Counted from the stretch's first letter, positions 1-9,646 are shown. The stretch: 64,000 nucleotides of DNA from Desulfobulbaceae bacterium UBA5121 (GCA_002414225.1 DHYV01000040.1:49656-113655); one strand, 5' to 3'. The notes: generated by a model not told the origin, from the sequence alone. Program-made: numbers and translations.

Positions 1-1
1 G

Positions 2-184
2 GCCCTGCTCGAACAGCTCAAGCCTGGCGGCCGCCTGGTGCTGCCAGTGGGCTCTCCTTACGGTTACCAGGAGCTGGTCGCCATCACCCGGCGCGCGGAC
101 GGGGTGCTGGAGCGCCGCGATGTGCTTGGGGTGGCCTTCGTGCCGCTCACTGGCGGCCACGGCCAAGGCCGTGGACAGCATTGA
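2..184 (+). CDS. pcm: protein-L-isoaspartate O-methyltransferase, C-terminal fragment (5' end outside window)
   Basis: Frame 2 reads ALLEQLKPGGRLVLPVGSPYGYQELV...LGVAFVPLTGGHGQ, with TGA at 182-184. The LKPGGRLV.PVG and V.FVPLTG tail is typical of the Pcm C-terminus. Absent from the ORF track because it is truncated. Confidence 0.6.
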   Translation, partial: ALLEQLKPGGRLVLPVGSPYGYQELVAITRRADGVLERRDVLGVAFVPLTGGHGQGRGQH

Positions 185-324
185 CCCGCAGGGTGGTTCA
201 TAGCGTCTTTGTCGCTGATTTGTCAGGCGCCAGGCCGGCGTTGCCATTTTCCTTTCGAGCCGCTACCATGGAAAGGTGAAGGCAGGGGGGGTGCCATCAT
301 GGCCATGAAACTAGGGAGGGGGGG

Positions 325-924
325 ATGGACGGAATAACACTGTTCGGGGTGATGCTTCTGGTGGGGGGAGTGGGGCCGGCATTGCTGGCCGTGGTGATCT
401 ACAATCGGCTGGTCGGCCTGCGCAACCGCTTCAAGAACGCCTTTGCCCAGATCGACGTACAGTTGCGCCGCCGCTATGACCTCATCCCCAATCTGGTCCA
501 GGTGGCCAAGGAATACCTCCGCCACGAACGGGAAACCCTCGAAGCTGTGATCGCCGCCCGCAATCAGGCGGCGGGTGCGGTGCGCCAGGCGGCCGCCGAT
601 CCGACCAACAGCGCGGCCCTGGCTGGACTGGCGGCCGCCGAGTCGACCCTGGCCGGCACCATGAGCCGGCTCTTCGCCGTGGTGGAATCCTACCCGGAAC
701 TCAAAGCCAATGCCAACATGATGCAGTTGAGCGAGGAACTTGCCTCCACTGAAAACCGCATCGCCTTTGCCCGCCAGGCATTTAACGACGCGGTGATGGT
801 GTACAACACCGGCCGCGAACTCTTTCCGGCGGTCCTCCTGGCCGGGCTGCTCGGCTTTGCCCCGGCATCCTTTCTCGAACCGCCGGAGGAATGCCAGCGC
901 GAGGCGCCCCGGGTTTCCTTCTAG
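325..924 (+). CDS. lemA: LemA family membrane protein
   Basis: 199 aa with an N-terminal TM helix, then YNRLVGLRNRFKNAFAQIDVQLRRRYDLIPNLV, the LemA signature region. Confidence 0.8.
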   Translation: MDGITLFGVMLLVGGVGPALLAVVIYNRLVGLRNRFKNAFAQIDVQLRRRYDLIPNLVQVAKEYLRHERETLEAVIAARNQAAGAVRQAAADPTNSAALAGLAAAESTLAGTMSRLFAVVESYPELKANANMMQLSEELASTENRIAFARQAFNDAVMVYNTGRELFPAVLLAGLLGFAPASFLEPPEECQREAPRVSF

Positions 925-982
925 CGTCCCGGCGGCGGGTTTTATCCGGGGTGGTTGGAACCGTCGCCCTCTCGCCGTCGTT

Positions 983-1861
983 CTATCGAGGCGCGACGGC
1001 GTCGTTCTTCTCCGGTGCCGCTGTGGTGATGGCGGCCGGACGGACGTCCGTCCGGCGGCTGTGGGCCACCAGCCGGGCGGTGAGCGAGCCGATGACGATC
1101 TTGGCTTTGATGAGCAGCGGCAGCCGGTCGGCATCGTTGGAGAGCCAGATCTCCGGGTCGCCGGTTTTGGTGTACAGACCCTTGAAGGTGAGATGCGGAC
1201 GGATCCGGATGGCGTCCATGGGGCCGAAAACGCTTCGTAGCCGCGCCTCCTTTTCAACCGTCAGTTCGACCTCGTGCCGTTTTCCGTCGGCAAAGGTGGG
1301 CACCATGGCCGTGCTGCCCACCGCGAGCGGCAGCGTGCGCATGATCATGAAGGAGGCGAACTCGTTGTAGGTGGGGCCGGTCACCGTGTACACCTTGGCA
1401 GGCTCGTCGTTTCGACGGTAAGTAATGGTGCCGGTGCGCTGGTCGTAGAGGGTCAGTCTTTTCTTCTGGCGGCGGCCCTCGTGCTGGTCGACGTGGTAGC
1501 GGGTCGGCAGTCGCTCTGCACCCTCCACCATCGTCTCGAAGCGGTCATCAACCGGATAGACGGCGTTGAGGGGGCCGACGGAGCGGACCGAAACCCGGAT
1601 GGCGAAGCGGGTGCCGTCGCGTTCATCGGGCGCCAGGTGGATGACCAGCCGGCCGGCGACGATCCCCAGCCAGGTAATTTCGTAGGTGAGGGTTTCTTCG
1701 CCCGAGTAGGTGCTCTGTAGGAGGGCTGGATCGGGCGCCGGCCGGCTGGCGCCGGCAGCGGCGCCTGCGAGGAGCTGTATCCCCAGGGTGAGCAGCGTCG
1801 CAAGGAGAAAAGGCTTGAGTTTTGTCCGAACTCCTCTATCATGAAACCGGCGGCCGGGCAT
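983..1861 (-). CDS. DUF3108-like secreted/outer-membrane protein
   Basis: 292 aa. Signal-like LLATLLTLGIQLLAGAAAGAS and YEITWLGIVAGRLVIHL, recalled as DUF3108-type. Family assignment is from memory only. Confidence 0.5.
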   Translation of the reverse strand: MPGRRFHDRGVRTKLKPFLLATLLTLGIQLLAGAAAGASRPAPDPALLQSTYSGEETLTYEITWLGIVAGRLVIHLAPDERDGTRFAIRVSVRSVGPLNAVYPVDDRFETMVEGAERLPTRYHVDQHEGRRQKKRLTLYDQRTGTITYRRNDEPAKVYTVTGPTYNEFASFMIMRTLPLAVGSTAMVPTFADGKRHEVELTVEKEARLRSVFGPMDAIRIRPHLTFKGLYTKTGDPEIWLSNDADRLPLLIKAKIVIGSLTARLVAHSRRTDVRPAAITTAAPEKNDAVAPR

Positions 1862-2158
1862 GTTTTCTGGTATCCTTATCAGGTTGTATTCGAGCTGGCT
1901 ATGATGCCTATGGGTGCCTTGCCCGGCCCGCGGCCCGAATCGTCGTGTCGCGTCGGCAGGTAGTGGTCCTGCCGTGGTGGAGGCGAGCGAACGGCCGGGG
2001 GCGGTATTACCGGAGCGTTACAGGCGTTATACCATGGTGGGCTGAAACTAACCCGTGGAAGTTTTTACGGCCGGGGCATATCGTATTTAGCGTATTTTGC
2101 GGTTGATGTGGCGGTAGTGGCTGGCCACTGCCGGGTCAATCTTTGGAGGTAGGTCAGT

Positions 2159-2515
2159 ATGGAGTTCAGGCAACCCGATGAGTCGGACAGCCCCCTCACC
2201 GATGAGCAAAGCAAGATCTACGAAGAGGCGATCGCCGTTCTGCGCGAGGAAACCGACGCCGGCTACACCTTTGACAAGGCATGCGAGCGGCTCAAGGATA
2301 TCGAGCCCGAGCTGCGGGCCGTGATCATTGACGATTTTTTGAAGATTCTCATCGCCGAGGACCATTTCGGCAGTGGCAAGGGGCTCGACGACATCGCCCT
2401 CTGTCTCGGTCTGCCCTACGAGACGGTGGAAACCGCCCGTGCCGAGATGTTGGAAGAGGTGGGCCAGGAGATGGCCGTTCAATACAGGAAGAACATCGCC
2501 GAAACCACCCATTGA
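2159..2515 (+). CDS. hypothetical acidic protein (118 aa)
   Basis: Protein-like composition and GGAGG-type RBS (tggaggtaggtcagtATG). No recognisable motif. Confidence 0.45.
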   Translation: MEFRQPDESDSPLTDEQSKIYEEAIAVLREETDAGYTFDKACERLKDIEPELRAVIIDDFLKILIAEDHFGSGKGLDDIALCLGLPYETVETARAEMLEEVGQEMAVQYRKNIAETTH

Positions 2516-2610
2516 GCCAGGCCCGCCCGGCCTTCATCGCCGACAGCGAGTTGTTCCCTTTTTATCCACCCTCTTGAACCGGGGTGGATATTTTTTACCC
2601 GGTCCGGAGC

Positions 2611-2637
2611 ACCGGCAGCACCGGCAGCACCGGCAGC
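2611..2637. repeat. tandem 9-mer ACCGGCAGC x3, with degenerate flanking copies
   Basis: Read directly: ggagc accggcagc accggcagc accggcagc gccggcggg. Lies in the intergenic space upstream of the sensor kinase. Confidence 0.9.
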
Positions 2638-2789
2638 GCCGGCGGGGTGGGGCTGTCCTTTGCGGTGGCTTTGGTTCTATTCCCCCGCTGGCGCGGGAGT
2701 TGCACGTTTTCTTGCCAAGGCGGCGGGGGCTGGGTGTCTGCCCGTCGGGAAGATTGGCTGGTAAACGCAACGAGAGGGGGAGGGATTTC

Positions 2790-4655
2790 ATGCGCGGCAA
2801 AGGCACGTGGCAACAGTCCCGGCTGCTCTTCTTTTCGCCCTGGCTGCTCGCTGCGGCCGTGGGGATCCTGGCCCTTATCGTGGTCACCTTCGCGGTCAAT
2901 AACCTCCACCGCGAAAAGAGGCTGGTGGCCGTTAACCTCCTTCACAAGGGGCGGTCGCTGGCCCGTTTCGTGGGGGCCGGTGCTCGGGCTTCGATGATGA
3001 TGGGCCGACCCGACGGCGGCCAGATCCAGCACCTCATCGAAGAGGCCACCGCCGATCGGGATATCGTCTACATCGCTGTGGTGGACAGTGCCGGCCGGGT
3101 GCTGGCTCACAGCGACGCCCGGCGGGTCGGCCAGCCCTTGGGACGTGACATCGCTCTCCTCCAGGGGCTGGCCGCAGACGGTGGGGCGCATTTCGTTTCC
3201 CTGAGCGTGGCCGGCAAGGAAGAGCGGGTTTTCGAGGTGGTGAGACCCTTTGCCCCACTTCGCCATGGCCATGGCCGGGGCCGTTTCCGTTTCCCGGGCA
3301 TGGGTCGGGGTACGGAGGCGGCGGCAAACCGCCTCGCCACCACCACCAACGGCACGGCCTGCCCCAGCGCGGCCGGCGAGGGTGGAAATCGGCCGGGGGG
3401 GAGGGCCGACGACTGGTGCCGCCTTCTGGATGCCTCCGGTTCCAGCGGCCTCCTGGTCTTGGTGGGGCTCGATCCCGCCGAGCAGGAAACACTGGTCCGC
3501 CAGGGCCGTTTTCATCTGGCGGCCATGTCCGTGGCGCTGTTGCTGGTGGGGGCAGGGGGGTGGCTGTCGCTTTTCGTTTTTCAGGGCTACCGGGTGGCCC
3601 GGGAAACCCTCAAGCACGTGCAGGCATTTGCCGGGCTGCTCATCGGCCGGTTGCCGGTGGGGGTCATCGCCACCGACGAGGCCGGGATGATCAAGACCTG
3701 CAATCCGGTGGCCGTCGCCCTTCTCGGCAAGGGTGGTGAGGGGGTGGTGGGGGCGGCTCCGGAGGAGGTTCTCCCCGCCGCGTTGGCGGAATTCTTCGCC
3801 GGTCCTGGCCCGGCCGACGAGTGGCTCAACCGTGAGGTGGCCCTCTCCGGCGGTGGTGACCGGGAACTCTCGCTGCGGGTGAGTTCCGTGCCCGTTGTCG
3901 AGGAGGGGAAGGAGAAGATCACCGGCCGGGTGGTGCTTCTCGACGACGTTACCGAACTCAAGGGACTTGAGGCGCGGATCCGTCGCCACGAGCAGTTGGC
4001 CGCTTTGGGCAAGATGGCGGCCGGGGTGGCCCACGAGGTGCGAAACCCCTTGAGTTCCATCAAGGGCTTCGCCACCCTGCTGGGCGCCAAGTTCGCCGCC
4101 GGCAGCGAGGAGCACGAGTCGGCCCGGCTGCTGGTGAGCGAGGTGGAGCGGCTCAACCGCAGTATCACCGAGTTGCTCAACTACGCCCGGCCTCTGCCCC
4201 TGCAACCGGTGCCGGTCGAGGTCGGCATTGCCGTCGAGGAGAGCCTCAAGCTTGTCCGCGCCGACGCCGACGCCCTCGGCGTGACGGTGGCCACCGGGAT
4301 CGCAGGCGACCTGCCGTCGGTGCTCGCCGACCCGGACCGCTTGAGCCAGGTATTGTTGAACCTCCTGCTTAACGCCTTGCAGGCCATGACTGATGGCGGT
4401 ACGCTTACCGTGACGGCCGGGCCGGGGCAGGCGCCAGGGATGGTGGATATCGTGCTCCGTGACACCGGACCGGGTATCCCCGAGGCGGTGCGCGACAGGG
4501 TCTGCGACCCCTACTTTACCACCAAGGCGGGCGGTGTCGGTCTTGGACTCGCCATGGTGGTAAAGATTGTCGACGAACATCGCGGGGCGCTCCGCATCGA
4601 CAGCCGCGAAGGGGAGGGGACCACGGTGACCGTTTCCCTGCCCGCGGCCGCCTGA
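2790..4655 (+). CDS. sensor histidine kinase (two TM, periplasmic domain, PAS-like, HisKA, HATPase_c); no adjacent response regulator
   Basis: Start chosen at MRGKGTWQQSRLLFFSPWLLAAAVGILALIVV, after an agggggaggg RBS. H-box AAGVAHEVRNPLSSIKGF, N-box LLNLLLNALQAM, G-boxes RDTGPGI and GVGLGLAMV. The track ORF from 2373 is an upstream extension. Confidence 0.85.
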   Translation: MRGKGTWQQSRLLFFSPWLLAAAVGILALIVVTFAVNNLHREKRLVAVNLLHKGRSLARFVGAGARASMMMGRPDGGQIQHLIEEATADRDIVYIAVVDSAGRVLAHSDARRVGQPLGRDIALLQGLAADGGAHFVSLSVAGKEERVFEVVRPFAPLRHGHGRGRFRFPGMGRGTEAAANRLATTTNGTACPSAAGEGGNRPGGRADDWCRLLDASGSSGLLVLVGLDPAEQETLVRQGRFHLAAMSVALLLVGAGGWLSLFVFQGYRVARETLKHVQAFAGLLIGRLPVGVIATDEAGMIKTCNPVAVALLGKGGEGVVGAAPEEVLPAALAEFFAGPGPADEWLNREVALSGGGDRELSLRVSSVPVVEEGKEKITGRVVLLDDVTELKGLEARIRRHEQLAALGKMAAGVAHEVRNPLSSIKGFATLLGAKFAAGSEEHESARLLVSEVERLNRSITELLNYARPLPLQPVPVEVGIAVEESLKLVRADADALGVTVATGIAGDLPSVLADPDRLSQVLLNLLLNALQAMTDGGTLTVTAGPGQAPGMVDIVLRDTGPGIPEAVRDRVCDPYFTTKAGGVGLGLAMVVKIVDEHRGALRIDSREGEGTTVTVSLPAAA

Positions 4656-4707
4656 GCCGCCGAATCCCCCCCCCTGCCGCCGGTCAACCCTCGTTCATGG
4701 AGTTGCC

Positions 4708-5364
4708 ATGTACCTCGTGACCACTGCCACAGAGATGGAAATGGAGCCGCTCCGCCGGCAACTTGCCTCCTTCGGGAGCGTTGCGTTCCTGGTCACCGGG
4801 GTCGGCATCCTCGAGACGGCGATCAGTCTGGGCCGTTACCTCGACCAGCATTCCGGGGAAGTGGCGGCGGTGATCAACCTCGGGGTGGCCGGCGCCTTTG
4901 TCGATTCCGGCGTCGGGCTGCTTGACTGCTGCCTGGCGAGCCGCGAGGTTCTGGGGGATTTCGGCATCTGCACCGCCGGCGGCATTACCCCCTTCAATGG
5001 CGAAACCATGGCTGCGAATACCGTTTTCCCCATGGACCCGGAACTGCGCGCTCGGGCCGAGGCGATTCTCGTGGCGGCGGGCCATGTGGTTCACAGCGGC
5101 GCCTTTGTCACCGTCAACTGCGTGAGCGGCACCGAACGGCGCGGCCTCTTCCTCCGCGACTGCCACCAGGCCCTCTGTGAGAACATGGAGGGGGCGGCCG
5201 TGGCCCGTCTCTGTCAACTCCACGACATCTCCTGTCTTGAACTGCGGGCGATCAGCAATCTGGTGGAGGACCGCGACCTGTCGCGCTGGCGGCTCTCCGA
5301 GGCGGTGGCGGCCTGTGGTGCGGCAGCCGAGGCCTTGATCCCCTCTCTCATCGGAATCCCGTGA
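4708..5364 (+). CDS. mqnB: futalosine hydrolase (PNP/MTAN fold)
   Basis: 218 aa with VTGVGILETA and NLGVAGAF nucleosidase-fold motifs. Its stop overlaps the start of mqnD (GTGATG). Confidence 0.7.
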   Translation: MYLVTTATEMEMEPLRRQLASFGSVAFLVTGVGILETAISLGRYLDQHSGEVAAVINLGVAGAFVDSGVGLLDCCLASREVLGDFGICTAGGITPFNGETMAANTVFPMDPELRARAEAILVAAGHVVHSGAFVTVNCVSGTERRGLFLRDCHQALCENMEGAAVARLCQLHDISCLELRAISNLVEDRDLSRWRLSEAVAACGAAAEALIPSLIGIP

Positions 5365-6242
5365 TGCCTTCAACGCCCGCGCCGCTTACCATCGGCTATT
5401 CGCCCTGTCCCAACGATACCTTTATCTTCCACGCCCTGCTGCACGGCGCGGTGGGCCGCGAGGCATCCTTGTGTTTCGCGCCCGAGGCGCTGGCCGACGT
5501 GGAAACCTTGAACGAGTGGGCGTTCGCCCGCCGGCTCGATGTCACCAAGCTCTCCTTCCATGCCTTTGGCCACGTGCTCGACGACTACGTGCTTCTCGAC
5601 GCCGGCAGTGCGCTGGGCCGGGGCTGCGGGCCGCTGCTGGTGGCGCGCGAGCAATGCGAGGTGGCGGCGCTGGCCGGAAAGAAAATCGCCATTCCCGGCC
5701 GTTACACCACCGCCGCCATGCTGCTCCGCCTCTTTGCCCCCCACTGTGACAATCTGGTGGTGATGCGTTTCGATCGGATCATGCCGAGTATCGCCGCCGG
5801 CGAGGTGGACGCCGGGGTGATTATCCACGAAAGCCGTTTTACCTATCCCTTCCACGGCCTCACCCTGGTGCGGGATCTGGGCGAATGGTGGGAAGGTGAG
5901 TCGGGTCACCCCATTCCCTTGGGCGGCATTGTTGCCCGGCGGGCGCTGGGCGATGCGGTGATCGCCGCGGTGGCCCGTCTTGTCGCCGCCTCGGTGCGCT
6001 GGGCCTTTGCCCACCCCGGCGACTCCCGCGACTACATCCGCGCGCACGCCCAGGAGATGGACGAGGAGGTGACCCGCCGGCACATCAACCTCTACGTCAA
6101 CGATTTTTCCTGCCAGTTGGGCGAGGCTGGCCGGGCGGCAGTGGCCGAGTTCCTGCGCCGCGGCCGGATGACGGGGGTGCTGCCCGCCGGCCGGGATGAC
6201 TGGTTTGCCGGCCCGGTGGCGGTGGACGACAATGGGGCTTGA
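5361..6242 (+). CDS. mqnD: 1,4-dihydroxy-6-naphthoate synthase
   Basis: LTIGYSPCPNDTFIFHALLHG is the characteristic MqnD N-terminus (SPCPNDTF). 293 aa. The start could be GTG 5361 or ATG 5364. Confidence 0.8.
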   Translation: MMPSTPAPLTIGYSPCPNDTFIFHALLHGAVGREASLCFAPEALADVETLNEWAFARRLDVTKLSFHAFGHVLDDYVLLDAGSALGRGCGPLLVAREQCEVAALAGKKIAIPGRYTTAAMLLRLFAPHCDNLVVMRFDRIMPSIAAGEVDAGVIIHESRFTYPFHGLTLVRDLGEWWEGESGHPIPLGGIVARRALGDAVIAAVARLVAASVRWAFAHPGDSRDYIRAHAQEMDEEVTRRHINLYVNDFSCQLGEAGRAAVAEFLRRGRMTGVLPAGRDDWFAGPVAVDDNGA

Positions 6243-6266
6243 CAACTTTGTCAAAAGGGCTATATA
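6239..6266 (+). promoter_or_regulatory. sigma70-like promoter candidate (TTGACA-16 nt-TATATA)
   Basis: ttgaca at 6239-6244 overlaps the mqnD stop. A 16-nt spacer is followed by tatata at 6261-6266. A second TATAAT lies at 6375-6380, 22 nt before the ilvB ATG. Confidence 0.4.
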
Positions 6267-6319
6267 TTTCGTCTCTTGTGGTAAAAAACCCATCAATCAG
6301 ATCACTTAGCCACGGTATT

Positions 6320-6363
6320 CGGGCCGGCGGGCAAAACGGGTGTTGGCCCGTGTTTTTGTTTTT
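6320..6363 (+). terminator. intrinsic terminator/attenuator-like hairpin plus U-tract between mqnD and ilvB
   Basis: cgggcc(6320-6325)...ggcccg(6345-6350) is followed by tgtttttgttttt. Confidence 0.55.
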
Positions 6364-6401
6364 CGGAACGCACGTATAATCCAAAAGATAGGGAAGATAT
6401 C

Positions 6402-8102
6402 ATGAAAGTCACAGGTGCCCAGGCATTCATCAAATGCCTCGAAGAGCAAGGGGTAGAGGTCATTTTCGGGTTTCCCGGAGGTGCGGTGATTGACCTCTAT
6501 GACGAGATATTGAAACAGGACAAGATTACCCACGTCCTGGTCCGCCACGAGCAGGCCGCAGTCCACGCCGCCGACGCCTACGGTCGGGTGAAGGGTGACG
6601 TGGGGGTCGCGCTGGTGACCTCGGGGCCCGGTGCCACCAACACCGTTACCGGTATCGCTTCTGCCTACTGTGACTCCATCCCCATGGTGGTCTTCACCGG
6701 TCAGGTACCCACCATGCTCATCGGCAACGACGCATTCCAGGAGGTGGACATCGTCGGCATCACCCGACCGGTGACCAAGCACAACTATCTGGTCAAGAAG
6801 GCCGCCGATCTGGTGCCCACCATCCGCGAGGCATTCCATCTGGCCCGCACCGGCCGGCCCGGGCCGGTGCTGATCGATCTGCCCAAGGACGTGATTTCCG
6901 CCACCATCAATTTCCCCGACCCGGCGCCGGTGAAGATGCGGACCTATCGGCCCACCTACGAGCCCCATCCGGGCCAGGTGGAAAAGGCGTGCCGGGCGAT
7001 CCTTGCCGCCAAGAAGCCGGTGATCTATGCCGGCGGCGGGGTCATCGCCTCCAATTCCAACGAGGAAGTGACCGAACTCGCCACCAAGCTCAACATCCCG
7101 GTGACCATGACCCTTATGGGACTGGGCGGTTTCCCCGGCACCCATGAGCTTTCCATGGGCATGCTGGGCATGCACGGCACCTATTACTCCAATATGGCGG
7201 TGGCCAACTGCGACGTGCTGATCGCCATCGGCGCCCGTTTCGACGACCGGGTCACCGGCCGTGTCGACGCCTTTGCCCCCCATGCCAAGATCATCCATGT
7301 GGACATCGACCCCACCTCGATCAGCAAGAACGTCACCGTCGATATCCCCATCGTCGCCGACTGCAAGCACGCTCTGTCGGCCATGAATACCTGGTTTGCC
7401 CGCAGCTCCGAGTGCGACTTCAAGGCCGTCTCCGAGCAGCACGGGCCCTGGCTCAAGGAAATCTCCGCCTGGAAGAAGAAGCATCCCCTGGGCTATGTCA
7501 TGGACGAGAACGTCATCAAGCCGCAGTTCGTGGTCCAGAAGCTCCACGAACTCACCAAGGGCGAGGCCATCATCACCACCGAGGTGGGCCAGAACCAGAT
7601 GTGGGCGGCGCAGTTCTACCACTTCAATAAGCCGCGCCACTTCATGACCTCCGGTGGCCTGGGCGTTATGGGATACGGTTTCCCGGCCGCCATCGGTGCC
7701 CAGATGGCGGCCCCGGGTCGGACCGTCATCGATGTGGCCGGCGACGGCTCCATCCAGATGAACATCCAGGAACTCGCCACGGCCCGCCAGTACAAGTGCC
7801 CGGTGAAGATCGCCATTTTGAACAACAACTACCTGGGCATGGTGCGGCAGTGGCAGGAGCTCTTCTACGACAAGAAGTACTCTGCCACCGGCCTGGAAGT
7901 GGCCCCCGATTTCGTCGCCCTGGCCCAGGCATATGGTGCCGTGGGGCTGCGCGCCACCAAGCCCAGCGAGGTTGAGCCGGTGATCAAGGAGGCCCTGGCC
8001 ACCGACAACACGGTGATCATGGATTTCGTCATCGCCAGGGAGGAAGGCGTCTTCCCCATGGTGCCTGCCGGCAAGGCCACCACCGAGATGCTGCTGGTTT
8101 AA
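6402..8102 (+). CDS. ilvB: acetolactate synthase, large (catalytic) subunit
   Basis: 566 aa. FGFPGGAV, GGLGVMGYGFPAAIGAQ and the ThDP motif GDGSIQMNIQELAT...ILNNNYLGMV. Confidence 0.95.
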   Translation: MKVTGAQAFIKCLEEQGVEVIFGFPGGAVIDLYDEILKQDKITHVLVRHEQAAVHAADAYGRVKGDVGVALVTSGPGATNTVTGIASAYCDSIPMVVFTGQVPTMLIGNDAFQEVDIVGITRPVTKHNYLVKKAADLVPTIREAFHLARTGRPGPVLIDLPKDVISATINFPDPAPVKMRTYRPTYEPHPGQVEKACRAILAAKKPVIYAGGGVIASNSNEEVTELATKLNIPVTMTLMGLGGFPGTHELSMGMLGMHGTYYSNMAVANCDVLIAIGARFDDRVTGRVDAFAPHAKIIHVDIDPTSISKNVTVDIPIVADCKHALSAMNTWFARSSECDFKAVSEQHGPWLKEISAWKKKHPLGYVMDENVIKPQFVVQKLHELTKGEAIITTEVGQNQMWAAQFYHFNKPRHFMTSGGLGVMGYGFPAAIGAQMAAPGRTVIDVAGDGSIQMNIQELATARQYKCPVKIAILNNNYLGMVRQWQELFYDKKYSATGLEVAPDFVALAQAYGAVGLRATKPSEVEPVIKEALATDNTVIMDFVIAREEGVFPMVPAGKATTEMLLV

Positions 8103-8135
8103 GTCTCACGCACTGAAAGCTAATGGGGTAACCAT

Positions 8136-8618
8136 ATGAAACATACAATTTCCGTACTGTTGCAGAACAAACCGGGGGTGCTCTCCCGGGTCACCGGCCT
8201 TTTCAGCGGCCGGGGGTTCAATATCGAAAGCCTGTCGGTCAATCAGACCCTGGAGCCCGACGTCTCCTGCCTTACCCTGGTCACCGACGGCGACGATGCC
8301 ATCATCGAGCAGATTACCAAGCAGCTCCACAAGCTCATCGACGTCATCAAGGTCACCGACAACAGCGAGGCCGACTGCGTTGAGCGGGAGATGATCCTCA
8401 TCCGGGTCAAGGCCGAGGCGCACACCCGGGCCGAGGTGCTGCGGATCATCGATATCTTCCGGGGCAAGGTGGTGGACGTCGGACCCAAGACCTACATGAT
8501 CGAGATGACCGGCAATGCCACCAAGCTGCAGGCCGTGGTCGATCTGCTGCGGCCCATCGGGATCCAGGAGATCGTTCGCACCGGGACCATCGCCATGATC
8601 CGGGCCAAGAAGAACTGA
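8136..8618 (+). CDS. ilvN: acetolactate synthase, small (regulatory) subunit
   Basis: 160 aa. MKHTISVLLQNKPGVLSRVTGLFSGRGFNIESLSV is the ACT-domain N-terminus typical of IlvN/IlvH. Confidence 0.95.
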   Translation: MKHTISVLLQNKPGVLSRVTGLFSGRGFNIESLSVNQTLEPDVSCLTLVTDGDDAIIEQITKQLHKLIDVIKVTDNSEADCVEREMILIRVKAEAHTRAEVLRIIDIFRGKVVDVGPKTYMIEMTGNATKLQAVVDLLRPIGIQEIVRTGTIAMIRAKKN

Positions 8619-8642
8619 AAGACAGGATTAACGCCTTTCCCC

Positions 8643-8679
8643 GCCGGGGGAGCGAGGCACTGCCCCCCGCTCCCCCGGC
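8643..8679 (+). terminator. GC-rich perfect 12-bp stem-loop after ilvN (no U-tract)
   Basis: gccgggggagcg (8643-8654) pairs with cgctcccccggc (8668-8679), 25 nt after the ilvN stop. Confidence 0.35.
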
Positions 8680-8848
8680 AAGCAGCATGGACTGACTGCC
8701 GCGTCAGGCGCCCCCCTTTCTGGGGCTTCCGGCGCGGCAGTTGGTCATTTTATTGTCTGGCACAACGGTTTTCTTCTCGCCGTAGCCGCCGCCTCGGTCC
8801 CATCGACTCCGCCCTGCTTCGGGCGAGGACGCTTTCCATTGGGGTTTT

Positions 8849-9493
8849 ATGAAAGAACCGCGTATTCCCGTGGCCCTGGAGGGGTATCCGTTCATCGGCT
8901 TCGCCGCCTTTGTCACCCTCCTGCTCACCATTGCCCATTTCCATTTCTTCGCTCTTCTCTCCTTGATGGTTACAGCATTTGTCCTGTACTTCTTCCGGGA
9001 TCCGTCACGGATTTTCTCTGATGAGAAGGACGTGCTTCTTTCGCCGGCCGACGGCAAGGTCATCGTCATCGACAAGATTTTCGACGACCGTTTCGTCAAG
9101 GAGCATGTCTACAAGGTGAGCATCTTCATGAACGTCTTCAACGTTCACGTCAACCGGGTTCCCTTCAGCGGCGAGGTGACCGGCATCCACTACGCGCCGG
9201 GCCGTTTCTACTCGGCGGACAGCGAACGCGGTGCCCTGGAGAACGAGTCCTGCGGGATCATCCTCAGGGCCGAAAGCGGCAGCCGCTTGGCCGTGGTTCA
9301 GGTCGCCGGCCTCATCGCCCGTCGCATCGTCTGCTGGGCGCGGATGGGTGACCGTCTCGTGCGGGGCGAACGTTACGGTCTCATCCGTTTCGGTTCCCGG
9401 GTGGATCTCTATTTGCCCCTACAGGTGCAGTTGGAGGTCAAGGTCGGGCAGAAGGTGCGGGCCGGCGAAACCGTACTCGGTTACCTTTCCTGA
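8849..9493 (+). CDS. psd: phosphatidylserine decarboxylase (short type)
   Basis: 214 aa. SPADGKV, FMNVFNVHVNR and IRFGSRVDLYLP, which contains the Gly-Ser pyruvoyl-forming site. Confidence 0.9.
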   Translation: MKEPRIPVALEGYPFIGFAAFVTLLLTIAHFHFFALLSLMVTAFVLYFFRDPSRIFSDEKDVLLSPADGKVIVIDKIFDDRFVKEHVYKVSIFMNVFNVHVNRVPFSGEVTGIHYAPGRFYSADSERGALENESCGIILRAESGSRLAVVQVAGLIARRIVCWARMGDRLVRGERYGLIRFGSRVDLYLPLQVQLEVKVGQKVRAGETVLGYLS

Positions 9494-9646
9494 CCGGCGG
9501 GGCCGCGTTCTGTTGCGGCCGTTGTCGCCGACGGCCGGGAAGCGAATTTTCGCTGCATGCCCGTACCGGAAATAGAGTAAGATATCCCACGTGATTGCCG
9601 GACCGGATCGGTTCGGAACCCTAATCATGGCAACGGGAGGAATGAG

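Noticed and set aside
2611-2637. CRISPR array
   Set aside because: The only tandem repeat in the window is a 9-mer with no spacers. No 25-40-bp repeat/spacer periodicity or cas genes were seen anywhere.
6270-6320. Leader-peptide attenuation of ilvBN
   Set aside because: No short ORF with consecutive Val/Leu/Ile codons exists in the leader. Only the hairpin/U-tract is reported, with alternative interpretations.
8757-8775. Sigma-54 promoter upstream of psd (ctggcacaacggttttc)
   Set aside because: The -24 TGGCAC element is present, but the -12 element reads TTTTC instead of TTGC(A/T), so the critical GC is missing. No enhancer-binding protein gene is nearby.
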